The position numbers and the translations under genes are program-made. From Lama guanicoe (taxonomy: Eukaryota), in assembly GCA_013239625.1 (NCBI GenBank), contig MU054212.1, forward strand, positions 5,490,270 through 5,554,269: a DNA stretch of 64,000 bases. Reading direction: 5' to 3'. Every line of letters begins with the position of its first letter. The first letter of the stretch is position 1. The notes under the pieces were generated by a model, which ran no database searches, had not been told where the DNA came from, and was given only the letters and a program-made list of their open reading frames with translations. Shown here one piece after another: positions 24,997 through 39,100 of the stretch.

Positions 24997-26209
24997 CTGA
25001 AAACAAAGCATATATTTAATTCATCTTGAGAACCTTTGTTTAGCTTTATAAGGGAAAACTCAATTGTACGCACTTTAATTTGTGTGTCTCTATGCTTTTA
25101 TTTGATTTCTCTATTTGCATATGGCCAAAGAATTTGGTAGACAGGGAGAAAGCTGAAAAAGTAGGCAGAGATTAAATTACAAAGACCTATACTAAGAATG
25201 TAGACTTAGCAGGTAATAGGGAAAAGTTTTATGGGAGTCGTATGGGGAACACAAAATAGGAACATCTGGGTTTTAGAAAAAATATTTTTGAAGGAGATTG
25301 AGCATAGTTTGGAGTGAGGTGAGCTGGAATTCAAAGAAACCAGTTAAACGCTCCAGAAATAGTACAAAACTGAGGCATTAGCAATGAGGATGAAAAGGAA
25401 GGGTGAGAGGAAAGTTTTTTGTAAGTAAGTTAGAATGGAGTCTGACTTGCTAACAGGTTGCACGCACAAGTTAATAGAGAAAGAGGGGGCTGAGAATGCT
25501 GCTCTCAGGTGTCCCACTTGGAGGGACAGGCCAACACAGGTGCCGGGGAATCACTGACCCCCACAGGAAGCGAGTGCTTCTCTGAGGAAGTGAACACCAG
25601 CAAGGTGGGCAAGGAGGGGTGAAAAGAATGAGTTCTGCCTGGCATATACTGAACTGCATGTTCCTGTGAGAAATCTAAAGACAGAGGTCCAGAAGGCAGC
25701 TGGATGGATGACCCTTATACTGAAGGGGAGCTCATGGCCAGAAATACAGTCTGGGAGTCAGCAGTACAGATGGCGGTTGAAATTATGGCAAGAATCAGAT
25801 GTTCTGGGAAAGATTAAGGATGAGCAGAGGCAGGGATGTAAGGAACAACAGCATTTCAAGCATGGAGGATGTAAGCAGACTAAGCGAAGGACATGAGAAT
25901 TAAGCTGGAATACTGAGTTGGGACCAACCAACCAGTCATATACAAGAGGTAAAATAATATTCAATAGTATCAACTTTCATAAGCAGTATCTTTTTTTCTA
26001 ACGCCTTCTAAACACCAATTGATCTGTATTTCAATTCCTCATGGTTTCTCTTACAGGAGGAAATATAAATAATATAAAAACAGGTAACATTGTCTTATGC
26101 ATAAGTAAAATGAGCAACTTTTAATTCATAGGGTAGCAAATTATACTAAACGGAGTGGGGGTGGGTTGAACCCCCAGTTAAACAATATTGTACAGATTGT
26201 GAAAGTTAC

Positions 26210-26376
26210 CTCTCGGTCCAAATAAGGAGACACGGTGGTGATTACGCCCGTGCTGGGATGCACAGAAAAGAGCCCAGGTGATCTTGGCGTCTGCTCCACA
26301 ATGCTGTACTTCAGACGCGTGTGCATCGTGTCTGGTTCGTCTCTGTCCGTGGCACAAACCACTCCCACTGTTGTCC
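26210..26376 (-). CDS. DSC3: DSC3 exon 7
   Basis: (G)[25 protein letters not shown]...PYLDRE; 167 nt. Confidence 0.97.
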
Positions 26377-27911
26377 CTACATGTTTCAAAAAGAGTCTTA
26401 ATTTCCAGAATTGCAAAATTCGTTTGGGCGTATCTACAATTTTCAAAAGATGTATTTCTCACCAGAGGTCTTCCATCTTTACATTGTACAGGTGAAGATG
26501 GCCTTAAATTTATAATATGAAACACTCTGATGCTGAGAATCAAGCTCACAGCTTAAAATATTTGATAGTAAATTTACTAAAAACTTATTTAATTGGCATC
26601 CAAGAATAATTCCAACACGTATTCCCATATATTGGAATAACTAACCTAGCTGGAGGTATAAACCATGTCTTCTAAGTAAATTAGATTTTTTTAAATTAAA
26701 CTTTTGATTAATAGCTAAATTAAGGGTGATGTGGGGTGCAGTTGGATAAATGATCACGTTCACATCCCAGTCTGTCCTTTCTATGTATTTTGCTATTTCT
26801 TGATTTGCCTCAGCCTCTTGCACCAGATTGGTATCCACACCCCACTCTCCCTGGTCCCACTTAATTTTATTTCATACTGTCTACCATTCAGGGAGAACTT
26901 AAGTCAGCTCTTTTCTTCAGTGGGGGATTTTGGTATTTTTTCATCAGTATGGAAAGTAAGAATATTGCTCTGGTAAAGGATTTCAGGTATCATCGAGTAT
27001 ATACAGGAGGTATTTTTATAGCATAAGGATGGTGTTCCAATGCCTGTGAAATTACACTGCATAGCTCCACTGTGCCTACAGCCCTATAAGTGAGGCTGGC
27101 CTGAGGAGCATCACAAGGCATTGCAGTTTCTTCCTGCAATTTTACTGACAGGAAGACATAAATACTATTTTAATTCTCTGGGTACAGAACTCCTTTACTT
27201 ACCACATAAAACCTTGACTTGCAAACTCCTTCCCATGAGTACTGTATTTCAATATTAGCTGGGGAGCCTTTGCCCAAACCCTCTGTGTGTGAGGTAAGGC
27301 GAACTCAAGGAACCACCTTCTAGCTCAGAGTGTCACAGCCTTAACTGGTCTGAGCCTACTGATGTGAGATGCTTAACGTTTCTTGGGTTAATCTGGGCAT
27401 CGAAGTGTCTGTCCTCGAGTCTTCTCTGCTACTACCAAAGAGAGCAGAATCCTTCAGGTCTAAAACCAGTCATCCTCTTTGAAAATAGAGGAATGTAACA
27501 GAGGTCATAGACTTGTGAGGTCTAAAACCTTATAGGTCATCTAATGTAATTAACTCATTTTACAGGTCAGAGAATACAGAGGGACTTTCATGAGTTCCCA
27601 CAGTGAAATAATAACAGAGCCTGAATCAGAAACTGAGTCGCCCAAACTCCAAACCAACTATTTTTATTTTTTTAATTGTCCATGTGAGTAACAGAAAGGT
27701 TAACATCTACGACATTAAATTATCAAAGTAAAATATAAAAGGAAATTGCAGTCATAATAATCCAGGGAAGATCTAAGTAACTACTGGAAACTTTAATCAG
27801 TGAGTTAGCAAAGTCATCCTTTATGACTGAGTCCGCTTCCCTTCACTTTGATTGAGAGTAGCCATTCCCCATATTGCAAGTCTCAGGTGACAATCAAGAA
27901 TGCCAACTAAT

Positions 27912-28031
27912 GGGGGAGGGTATAGCTCAAGTGGCAAAGCACATGTTTAGCATGCATGAGGTCCTGGGTTCAATCCCCAGTACCTCCTCTAAGACTAAAT
28001 AAACCGAATTAATCTCCCTCCACCAAAAAAA
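27912..28031 (+). mobile_element. tRNA-derived SINE (Vic-1-like)
   Basis: GGGGGAGGGTATAGCTCAAGTGG...GGGTTCAATCCCCAGTACCTCC with poly-A tail; perfect 15-bp TSD AAGAATGCCAACTAA at 27896-27910 and 28032-28046. Confidence 0.92.
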
Positions 28032-28615
28032 AAGAATGCCAACTAAACAGAAACACTGGTTTTCCACACGTGAGAGCAAGTGTTTAGGATGAAGGACATA
28101 TGATGTAAGTTTCTTTAAGTCATCCCAGCATTCTTTCTAAACTGGAAGCGATATGGTAGTAGTTTTAAGCAATGAGACAATATAGATAAGAGCTTAAAAA
28201 ATTGGATCCTCAGTGGATGTCATTCAGCACCTTCCTAAATAAAATCTAATAAAAATTTCTACACTGCTTTTAGTTTTATCGTACATTCTACCCTGCACGT
28301 CCTCGCTTGGAGCCAGGAATAACAATGAACCCACATAGTGATGAAATGAAATAAAGTCTACAAATACGGTACAAAGCTTGAATAACTGCTGTCTGCCTTT
28401 ATAATTCATGGGCATCATATTGGCAACACCACAAACTCCTTAATATCTTGTAAATTACACATTGATTGGATTTGGTAGGATTAAATGTAATCTGCTATGT
28501 AGATGTTGGTCCAGTGTCATCTCAGGATGCTCTGGCTTTGAGTGAGAACTCACTGTCTCAAACAATGTATATAAACATGTAACACAGCACATTTGACTCT
28601 TAAAAGTTGTCTTAC

Positions 28616-28760
28616 CAAGTCTACTGCTTTCCGGAACTTCAAAATTATAAACGGCCTCTGTGAAAATAGGGCGGTTGTCATTTTCGTCCTCCACTCTGAT
28701 GGGCAGCGGAAGAGGTAAGTCAGCTGAATACCCATCGGGAGTTGACGCGTAGGCAATCAG
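28616..28760 (-). CDS. DSC3: DSC3 exon 6 (adhesion-recognition site YAS)
   Basis: LIAYASTPDGYSADLPLPLPIRVEDENDNRPIF...; YAS is diagnostic of Dsc3 (Dsc1 YAT, Dsc2 FAT); 145 nt. Confidence 0.97.
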
Positions 28761-29928
28761 CTGTAAAACAGTGAGAAGCAGGTTCAACAGTCTTCATATA
28801 AAGAATCTAGTGAGAAAGAACACAATGCTTTATCTGCAAATCTTCTCTGCAAATCTTTTCAGTAGGAATTCACTTCAAAACTTCCGGTCAGTGCTGCTTT
28901 AGTTATCAAAGCATCAAATGCAGAAACACTTTAACTACAGTTAAGAGCATCCAGTGTTTCGCAGAAGTGGCTACACTTCAAATCAAACCTCAGTCAGAGC
29001 ACAGCAAGCCAGGGGCTACTCAGGCTATTGGAATAAGGAATTAAATGTGAATGTAGAGACTGCGATTCCTACCACATGATCTAAATAAAATGTCACTACC
29101 AATCCCCTGTATTGTTTTACCTTGTAGGTCACATCTTTGTAAGTGGTTTTCTAACAATATGCATTTAACAATTTCCCGGTTGCCAGCTAACCAAAGGCAA
29201 TGTAACGTCAAATAGATTGTATTTCTATTCAGCATGTGATTACACCAGATTTGAAAATTTTCTAGCCAAAAGCACAGAAATGTCACATGGTGGACATCAG
29301 TCACGTTTAATACCCAGCATCTCCTCTCTCTTCTTTTAGGAAGAGAAGCCCTCTTGCCTATAGGGAATCAGTCCCCCTGCACCACAGGGATGACCGCATG
29401 ACCCCAGAGCATTTACCATATTCCACTGAAAATTGTCTGAATTATTATGCTGAAAATTATTTGAATTATTCCCCTTTGATGTAAGCTTATCCGTATCAGA
29501 ATGCTGGCTTATTTGGGTTTGGTCTCCCACTTTTACTTCCTTATCTAGTTCTCAGATGGCGTCAGATGATCATACATGTTTAAGGGGGAAAAAAACCCAG
29601 AGAAGTGAGAAAAGAACCCTTCCAGTTAACTGTGGCCATGTCCTGCAGAGAGGAGACAGTCCCATGACCAAACAGAGAGAGTCTCATAAGCAAAGCAGCT
29701 CGTGGAAATTTGCTGGAACTTATATTCAAATACAATTAAATTTCTTTTCTTCATTTCAGGCTTACCTAACAAAAGTTGAGATAAAGAGCAGATCAAGTAT
29801 TCCAAAATCTAGCTCCTTTGACTTTAAGATACGCTCTAAGAAGAGAGTGCAGAAGACAGAAAAGGGGAGGTGGAATAGCAGAGGAAACATAATTATTTAA
29901 AGTCATGTGTATCAATAAAAACTCCTAC

Positions 29929-30084
29929 ATCGAAAACATCATATTCTTCACGATCCACAGCCCGAGTACAAAATAGATTTCCAGTGTCTTTTTCTATGAA
30001 AAACAAATTTAAAGGTTCTTGGTCAACTCCAGGTCCACTTATTGAATAGAAGATGGTATAGTGCTGTGCAGCATCAGACTGAAC
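29929..30084 (-). CDS. DSC3: DSC3 exon 5
   Basis: [52 protein letters not shown]; 156 nt. Confidence 0.96.
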
Positions 30085-32742
30085 CTAAACAGAAAAGAAG
30101 AAAGTAAAAAAAATTTCATTACATGCTTTTTAAATATAGCTTATGTGCCTCTATTTTTTTATTTTAAAGAGATGACTTTAATAATGTAATAATCACTTCT
30201 GTCACTTCAACACACAAAACAGAAATGAACATTTGGCCAAAGGTGTTTTTTTTTTTAACTGCTCAGATTTAATGAAAACAATGTTCAGTGTTAGTAGTAA
30301 CCAAAGAAACCCTAATTAAAAACAAAAAGGCATAGTTTCCCATCCACTGACTTGGCAAAGATAGAGAAGAACAGTAATACCCATTGTGGGCAGGGGCGAG
30401 GCAAACAGAGACTCTCACGTACTAACGAAAGGAACGCCTATTAAAATGTTCCTCTGGGAGGAGAATCAACAAAAATTAAAGAAATGAGCTATGGAAATAA
30501 ACAGGGGAGACTCTTCCTGGCAAAGGAACCTGGAAGTGCAAAGGGACCAGACCTGGGCTGTACCTGGAGTGTTCAAGGAGCAAGAAGGTCATTGTGGTTG
30601 GAGTAGCAAGAGCCAGGGGAAAACAACACAGGTGATGAGGAGGAAGGCTACGTCATGTGAGTGATGCCAAGGATGCTGGCTTTTGCTTGGAGTCAGACAG
30701 GGAGCCATTGGAGAGTTTAGACAAGACCAATACCTGTTTTATTTTGCCGCTGGATAATTCTTGGTGTTCTGTTAAGATTAGACTTGGGTGGCTAGGTAAG
30801 GGAAGAAGCAGAAACACTAGAAAGTAAGTGCAAGAATTCAGGGGAGGGATGATGGTGTGTTAGACCAGCATGGCAGCAGTAGGGGTGGTGGGAAGTCGTT
30901 AGGTTCTGGATCCATCATTTGAAGATACAGCCAACAGGATTCACCAGCGGGCTGGATGCATGGGGCGCAGGCGGAAGGCACCATGCCAGAGGGTGTACTG
31001 CTCCCACGGTCCATTCTGCTCCTCTATCTTAGCATTAGAACTTACAGCTGAGCACACGGTTGCCCAGAAGAAAGACATTGCTCAGTCTCCCGTGCCGTTA
31101 GGTGTGGCCACAAGAAAAAGGCAGGTAGATGAGATGTGAGTGCAAGTGATCCATGCGAGACCCAGACTGTGCTCTAGAATGAGGAGGAGTGTGTCCCCAC
31201 ATTTAGACACAACGACGAGCCATCTTGAACCTGCAAGGATGGCCACGCTCAAAAAGAAAGAAGCCTGCATCCCTGGTGATTTCACAAATTAGAATCTCTT
31301 TCCCAGATCACACCTTGACATGAGAGGACTGAATCTCTATTATGCTTTAGCTGCTGTAGTTTGAGATCTTGGTAAAATTCAGCAAATACCCTGATCTGAT
31401 AATAATACCGGAATTAAAAATTTAACTATAAAGAATGGATGGACGTGTTAAATTGGGGCTCAACATCGATCTCCTTCTACTGTGTCCTCTCATAGTGTAG
31501 ATGCTAGAAAGATTCAAATAAACACAAACCCAAAACTCTCTCTTTTGCAGGGTCTCTTGAAACGAAGAGTCCTGGATTTAAATACGGATAAGGAGGCGTG
31601 CTTGCGTGAGATTTGGAAGCCATAAGTAAGGTAGGTGCCTCATTTTTGCTGCTTCTGCTGCCTTTGCTAGCATCCTGTGATGCATCTTTTTGCTTTTATT
31701 TTTATCTACAGCAGCAGACGTTCGAGTAGTTTTTTTGCTTGTTAGTTTTGTTTTGTTTTTACAAACTTCATGGATATTGAGAGACAGAGTAGGGGTCAGT
31801 CATGTTGCTGACTCTGACTGGAGCAGTTCAGACTGCTCTGGAGCTGCATTCGGTGGAGCAGCTTCCTGTCTGCAGTGTTTTCTTGCCCATGGCACCCTCC
31901 TGACCATGGCAGTGGCACCCCAGGATGGCTCTAGAATTATTGGCTTCCCCAACATGGAGAAAGAAGTATGTCCCTTCTTGCAGGTTCCATGGGGATTCAT
32001 TTCTGAAAATTCAACCCAAAGTTTGCTTCTTCAGCCTTCCCAGCAATTCGAAAAATTGTTTAATACACTGTAGTAAATTCTTATCTGTTATTTCTTTAAA
32101 GAGAAGTGTGCTTCCCACAACTGAAACCTTATCAAACGCCCCAACAGTGGAAGGAATGGAGCGGGCATTAATTGAGATGGGAGGATATTTTGGGCAGAAT
32201 ACCCAAACATTTGATTTGTATTTGTTAAGTCTGAAATGTCTGCCGAAATTCCAAGTGGAAATATTCATTAGACAGTTTGGGCGGGAAAAAGGATGTCTTA
32301 AGTCTCCAATGCATGCATAGTGCTTCAAGCTATGAGGCTGGATGAGATTGCTGAGAAAGTGAATATAAATAAACAAGAGACAAGGTTTGTAGCCGAGCCC
32401 CGGAGCTCTCCAGAGTTTAGAGACTGAGGGGTCGGGGTGGTGGGCGTGGTGGGGACATGGGGATGAGGAAGAACCAGCTGCTAAATGAATGAAAAAACTA
32501 ACAAAGATCACCTACTGGCTGCAGAGTCTTTCTCATATTATTATTAGTTGTTAAGTGATTTTCCATTTTTTCTCATTATTAGTTTTTTTAGTAATTTTCT
32601 CATTTTATTTGCTTTTATTATACTTTACGAGTAGCTTTAGTCATCTGTGTATTTTTAAATGTTTAAAGAGTTATTAAACCTGAACAAAACAGACTCTTGG
32701 AATTAAAGCACTCCCAACAGGAAGGAATAGTGTAAAACCTAC

Positions 32743-32862
32743 TTGTTGAAGGAACAGAGGGAAAGGGCCCAGGGAATTCTCTTGCATGGAGCAGGGAATC
32801 GGTGCCCATCGCCTCTTGGAACGCCTGAGAACAGTTTCGTTAGTGTGTCTTTTCCTCAGGAC
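32743..32862 (-). CDS. DSC3: DSC3 exon 4 (proprotein cleavage site)
   Basis: [40 protein letters not shown]; furin-type site and conserved Trp2; 120 nt. Confidence 0.97.
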
Positions 32863-33299
32863 CTGAATGGAGAGAAAGAAAATTAAAAATAAACAAAAGC
32901 GTCACAGCCTACTTCACTGTTAAATAGTGGACGGACCAAAAACCTAACACCTCCCTGAAGGCTCAGGCTCAGGAATTCCACGTTGAATCTAAAGACCAGA
33001 CAACAAGCGCTTTGTTTGCATTAGAAGGGTAAGAAAGAACTTGCCCAGATGTTAAAGTTTTCATGAACCAAAGAATTTCATTGCGTATACCTTTCCAACA
33101 TTACCCATACTTTCAGGTTAGGAAAATCATCCCTGTACTCTTAGTTCTTCCTGTTCTGTCCCCAAAAAAGATAAAAAAAACACATCCTCTTTGTAAAAAT
33201 CTGTAGACAGCACTTACTTGTTATTTGTACTAAAACCTCATACTCTCAGGTCAACCAGAGTGAGACCAATGCACATTCTTCGTTGCCTTAACACTCTAA

Positions 33300-33500
33300 C
33301 TGCACTGTCCAATATGGTAGCTACAAGCCATACATGACTGTTTGATTTTAAACTAATTAGAATTAAATGAAATATCAATTCCATCCCTCAGTTGCACTAG
33401 CCACATGCCCAGTGCTCAGTAGCCATTAATACTGGGCGACCATGTCACACAGTGCAGATTACAGAACATTTCCAGCACTGCAGAAAGTTCTCATGGAGCT
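33300..33500. mobile_element. MER3-like hAT transposon remnant
   Basis: ctgtccaatatggtagctac...ctcagttgcactagccacat...agaacatttccagcactgcagaaagttct. Confidence 0.75.
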
Positions 33501-34308
33501 TCTAGTCATTTCCATTTTATTTCATGGTGTAGCAAGAAGACATTGTATCTCCTGAGAATCAATAAATAATTATATGAAACATTTATTAAAATGCTTAAGT
33601 CATGTAAGTTAACTTTATCGTTAATACCCTTCACATCGATGAGTTGTAATCCAGCCTAAACCTTTGTTTTTGTGAATACTTTCGTAACGGCGTTCCTCAT
33701 AATGAGGACTCCAGCACTGCAGCGAATGATCAGGGAGCGATGGCCAGTACCATTCACGTGTATACACACGCCACGATTTCCATCCTATTTCAATATCGGG
33801 ATCACTGTGGCACTTGCAATCTACCTCTTATTCACTGGGAGTGACTGCACTTCATATTAATTGAGCCTATTGACTATGGGTCAGGTGTAACAGAGGCTAT
33901 AAACACGAAAGGGATGGATCATGCCCTTAAGCAGCTACAGGTAAATTGTTTGCACAAATAAAATTCTCAATGCTGCAACAGAGGCGTAACCAAACTGACA
34001 CTGATACAAAAGTAATTAGTTAGACTTTAGAGATGGAAGAAGCCTTCCCAGAGGAGGTGCCACTAGATTTAACAAAGCAAAATCCGAAGCCAGTGTTTAA
34101 CCAGTGAGGGAAAGAGAGAGGGGAGAGGAGGGAGAGAAAGGGGCGGGAGCGGGGAGGGGGCAAGGGAGGAGAGAAGGGAACGCAGAAAACAAAAGGGAAG
34201 GGGAAAGGAGACGAAGATTATTTTTCCTTTTGTCCTCTTTGCAATTTGTCATGGAAGCACTTAATGAAAAGAAAAACACGCCTGGAAATATCAGCGTACT
34301 TTGAATAC

Positions 34309-34508
34309 CTTCTTCTGACGCTCCAGGAGCACCATAATCTCTCTCTGTGTCTGTTTCTTGGTGTCAGAAAGCCGTATGGCGAATGATCTTTTCTCACCAG
34401 ACAACAGAACAGCGCTGGCTGTGTAAACGGACCCGTCATCTTGAACTCTGAAGTCAGGGTCACTGGAGTGGATGAGATCTGCAGACCTGAGGCATTCTTT
34501 CAAATTAA
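34309..34508 (-). CDS. DSC3: DSC3 exon 3 (prodomain)
   Basis: (V)[29 protein letters not shown]...LLERQKK; 200 nt. Confidence 0.96.
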
Positions 34509-36047
34509 CTGCAAGTGAAAATTTCCAAGTCGTAAAGTAGAAACACACGCAAAAAGGAAAACAAAACAAAACAAAACAGGTGTTAAAATAATCTATACAA
34601 TCAAATTTATGAAGTAGAATGAAATCAATCACTTTGCATTTACCAATATCTTAACCAGTCTCTCTGCATGTATTTTTAAATGATAATTCTTTCGGTTAAA
34701 AAATAATAATTCTTGATTGTATTCTTGTATTAAATAAGGTGTTCTAAGTCTTTATATGCTTCTAAAAGGCTTATGAAAATGATTTTCTTATTAAAGAGGT
34801 GTGCCTGTTACAATCCTGACAAAGATGCGCTGGACACCCCCACACATACCTGAATAAACGCACAAAACTTTTCCTTAACAATGAAGACAGATACACCTAT
34901 CTTCAGCCAGAAGTTATACACGAGTCCAAAGAGAGACACAGTGTGTGAGTCTGGCAGTCAGTGAAGGAAGACCAGTGTTTTGGCATTGGTGCTCTCCTAG
35001 TACGCTGTGCCCCTCACCCCCACCTTCCAGGGACCCAGAATTCTCCTCTGGACCCTGTTCCCAGCTTTCCGAGGCTCCCCACTGAAATTCCACGTGGGGG
35101 TCTTCTTTCCCAGGAAATTTTCCCAAGTAAAAAGTAATAAAATATAAGTATCACAGGAGTGTTTCGCTGCTGTATCAAAAGGATGGAATCCATCTCATTC
35201 TTCAGCTATCTGTTTTATCAGAAACCAAACTGACACATTAATATTCGCTTAAGTGATAACCTAATGCCCACTTAAGTAATTTCATCTCAAAGGATCCATA
35301 TGTTACCTACGTACAGTGTTTTCACTTTCATCCAAATCCATAATAAATGGAGACATTAAGTCAAAAAGAAGAGAAAGTCTTTAGCAGTGAGGACGTAACT
35401 CCTCTTCACATTTTAAGCAGAGCGATAACCTCCGGTCCTTTCCCAGACTTCTCTTTCCATCCTTTCCTTTCTTCCTTCCCAGGAATGGGAGGGACACTTT
35501 GTTGAAAAAGTAAAATTGGTACCCCTGGGACAAACTATATCTCTGAAAAAGAAATCATAATGTTTTCCTCCAATATTCCCTGTTCTACAGAGAAGGGGCC
35601 ACCCGCCCAGCTGCTGGGAAAGTTGGAGGTGCCCCAGCTTCTCCGGCTGCGCGTGGCTGATGAAGCTTAGTTTAGAAGAGAGTGGAGCATCTCGCTATTT
35701 TCCCAGTGCAGCTGTAGCCCTGAAAGAAACACTGCTGCGATGCTCTCAGCACCTTATCTGTGACTCTCAATGCCTAGAGTCCTAGGGGAATGAAAGACAG
35801 TATTCTACAGGGAATTCTTTATGTAATTTTTAAACTGTTAAAACATAAATGACTAGGACGTCTGCATTAGAATCAACCACAGAATTCTATAGAGTTATAC
35901 AAAGACAGAACGTATATTTAAAATTATCTTGATTTATATCTAATTATAAATAGATTCAGGCTAATTCCAAAGACTGCATAACATGCTCTTTCCAGCATAG
36001 GTAAACTAAATTTCTGTTTTAAAAAGCACTGTTTCAAAATTTCTCAC

Positions 36048-36132
36048 CTCGGCCAACCAACTTGTCTGCCTCTAGTTGGGAAGGTATATTAAATTTCACA
36101 TTTTTGCAGGCTTCACAAGCTAAACTGAAGAC
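36048..36132 (-). CDS. DSC3: DSC3 exon 2
   Basis: VFSLACEACKNVKFNIPSQLEADKLVGR; 85 nt; TAG/GTGAGA. Confidence 0.95.
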
Positions 36133-36169
36133 CTAGGGGGGAAATGGTCATATTAATACAATGTAGAAC

Positions 36170-39100
36170 AGAGGACAAAGTTACAGATATGCAAGATAAA
36201 TAAGTTTTAGAGATTTACTGGCTAGCATGGTACCTACAGTTAAGAAAACTGTATTGTATACTTAAAATTTTTGCTAAGAGGATTAATCTTATGTTATGTG
36301 TTCTTACCACAAGAAAGTAATAATAATACACAAAGAGGGCGAGAGGAAACTTGAAGGTGACAAATATGTTTATGAAATAGATTGTGATGATAATCTCACA
36401 GGTACATACTTATCTCCAAACTCATCAAGTCGTAAGCAGTGAGTAAGCAGAACTTTTTGTAAGTTCATCTCACCTCAGTAAAATGGTTTTAAGATAAAGG
36501 ATAAAGAACAAAGCCACATTATCATCTCAATAGATGCAAGCAATTGACGAAATCCAATGCTCATTTGCAATTAAAAAACATTTAACAGGCTTGGAGTAGA
36601 AGAGAATGTGCTCAGCATAAGCAGTGAAGAGCACTTATGAACAGCATCATACTTAACGGAGAAAGACTGAATGCTTTCCTCTAACAGAAGGAACAAGACA
36701 ATGATGCCCACTCTCACCACTTCTGTTCAATGTGGTTCTGGAGCTTCTAGCCAGGGCAATTACACACAAAAATAAAATGAAAGCCATCCAGGTTGGGAAA
36801 AAAGTAAAACTGCCTCTATTTGCAAAAGATATGATATCGAACAAAGAAAATCCTAAGGATTTTCTTAAAAAAAAGATCAAAAATAATAAATGAGTTCAGC
36901 AAGGTAGCAAGATACAAGATCAGCACACAAACACCGACTGCATTCCTATACACTAGCAATGGAAAATCTGAAAACATAATTGAGCAAACAAGTCCATTCA
37001 GAGTAAATATCCCGTCTTCACTGATCAAAAGACACATTCCCAAAATTCACCTAACAAATTCAATGTACTCCCTATCAAAATCCCAAATAGCTTTTTTTTG
37101 CAGACATTGAAAATCAACCCTGGTGGAACTTCAAGGGCCCCAGTGACCCAAACAAACCTGAAAAAGAACAGAGTTGAAGGCTTTCCCAACTGCAAAACTT
37201 ACTGCAAAGACACAGTTATCAAGAGAGCGTGGTACTGGCCCAAGGACAAACATACAGATGAATGCAATAGAACTGAAATCCCATGAATAGGCCCTTGCAT
37301 TTGTGGTTGCCTGGTTTTTGGAGATTTCCAAAACCAAAACCAGAAAAAAAAAAAAAAAAAAGAAGGAATTTGGACCCTAAACTCACATCATATATAAAAT
37401 TAACTTAAAATGGATCACAGACCTAAGTGTAAGAACTAAACTAGTCAGAGAAAAACTGAAAAGCAAATCTTCATGATCATGGTTAGGCAACAATTTCTTA
37501 TAACACCAAAAGCACAAATGATAAGAGAAAAATTGATAAATAGGACAGAATCAAATTTAAAAACTGTGGCCCTTTAAAAAAACAGCCATAAAGAATGTAA
37601 AAATGCAACCTACAGAATGGAGAAAATATTTTCAAATTACATAACAACAAGGACTTTTGTCCAAAATATATAAAGAAGTCTTTGAAATCAATAATAAAAA
37701 GACCACACCCAAAAAAAAAAACAACCAAAAAAAAAAAAAAAGACCACACCAAAAAAAAAAAAAAACCAAACCCAAAAAAAAAAAAAAAAAAGACCACACC
37801 AAAAAATGGGCAAAGGATTTGAACAGCCAGTACCCAGAGAAGTTACACAGATGGCCAACAAGCAGAAGGAAGGATGCCCACCATCATTAAGCATTAGGGA
37901 AATGCCAACCTGAAGCACAATGAGAGACCCACTAGGAAAGCCAAAATAAACAAGACAGAACATAACATGTGTTGATGATGATCTAGAGAAGGCAGAACCC
38001 CATGCATTGCTGGTAGAAATGTGAAATGGTACAACTTTGGCACACAGTTTGGCAGTTTCTTAAAACTTTAAACATAAACTTAACATATAATCTAGCAATT
38101 CCACTCCTGCCCACGAGAAATGAAAACCCGTGTCCACACCAAAACTTGTCTATTCCTCTCCCTTAAACATTTTTGTATTGTTTGTCCATTTTTAATTATT
38201 TTTCACTTGTAGGTCTATGTGGGTCGCTTTTTCCCTCTTCTTGTGGTACCTTTTTGATAAACAGTGCTTCAGTTTTGAAGTAGTCAAAGTTATTAATCAT
38301 TTCCTGTAGTTTTTTAAGGTAGTCAATGTTTTAAATCATTTCTTCTGGTCTGTACTTTTATGTATTGAGAACTTTCCCTCTGCCCTGTCATAAATATAAT
38401 ATCCAACATTTTCTTCTAAAAATTATAAAGTTACTTCCAACTTTTAAGTCTTTTACCCATCTGGAATGGTATTTTGTGTGTGATTCACTGTAGCTATTTA
38501 ATCTTTTGCCATATGGGTGATTATGTTAAAATACAATAATAGATTTGAAAGTATGGACAACCTGCTACGATTGAGCAAGGAAAAAATAGAGAAGGCACAG
38601 ACAAAACAATATTAGGAATAAAAAGAGGCACAGTTACGGAAAGGACAGATGTTTTAAAAATAGTTAATGTTAATATATTATTCCACTTAATTTGAAAAGG
38701 GGCAAAATAAGCAATTTTCTACAAAAATAACTGTTGACTCAAGGAGGTATTCAAAATCAAAATAGGCTTATAACCATTAAGGATATTGAATTAGAAGCCA
38801 AATGTCTCCAAACACACACACCCTCATATCCATCAAGTCCAGACATGTGATAGGTGAATTCTTCCATAATTATATGACACAGATCATCTCTGCCTTACAT
38901 AAAGTGTTTCAAAGAACAGAAGAAACTGCAACTCCTTAATTCATTTTATGAGGATATGAGGATCGTATGAAGTTGAAAAGTAATAGCCTGATCTCACTGA
39001 TGGAGTTATATTTGAAATATTGAAATACATAGCAGCAAACCAAATCAATAATGTATTTCAAGACATATCATGTTCAAGGCTAAGGTTTATGCCAGGAATA

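Noticed and set aside
31690..32511. 127-166 aa ORFs in DSC3 intron 4
   Set aside because: They overlap old repeat-like sequence (L2 and probably an LTR remnant) and show no protein-family resemblance.
37498..37963. Poly-Lys and poly-Phe ORFs
   Set aside because: Translations of A-runs within a decayed L1.
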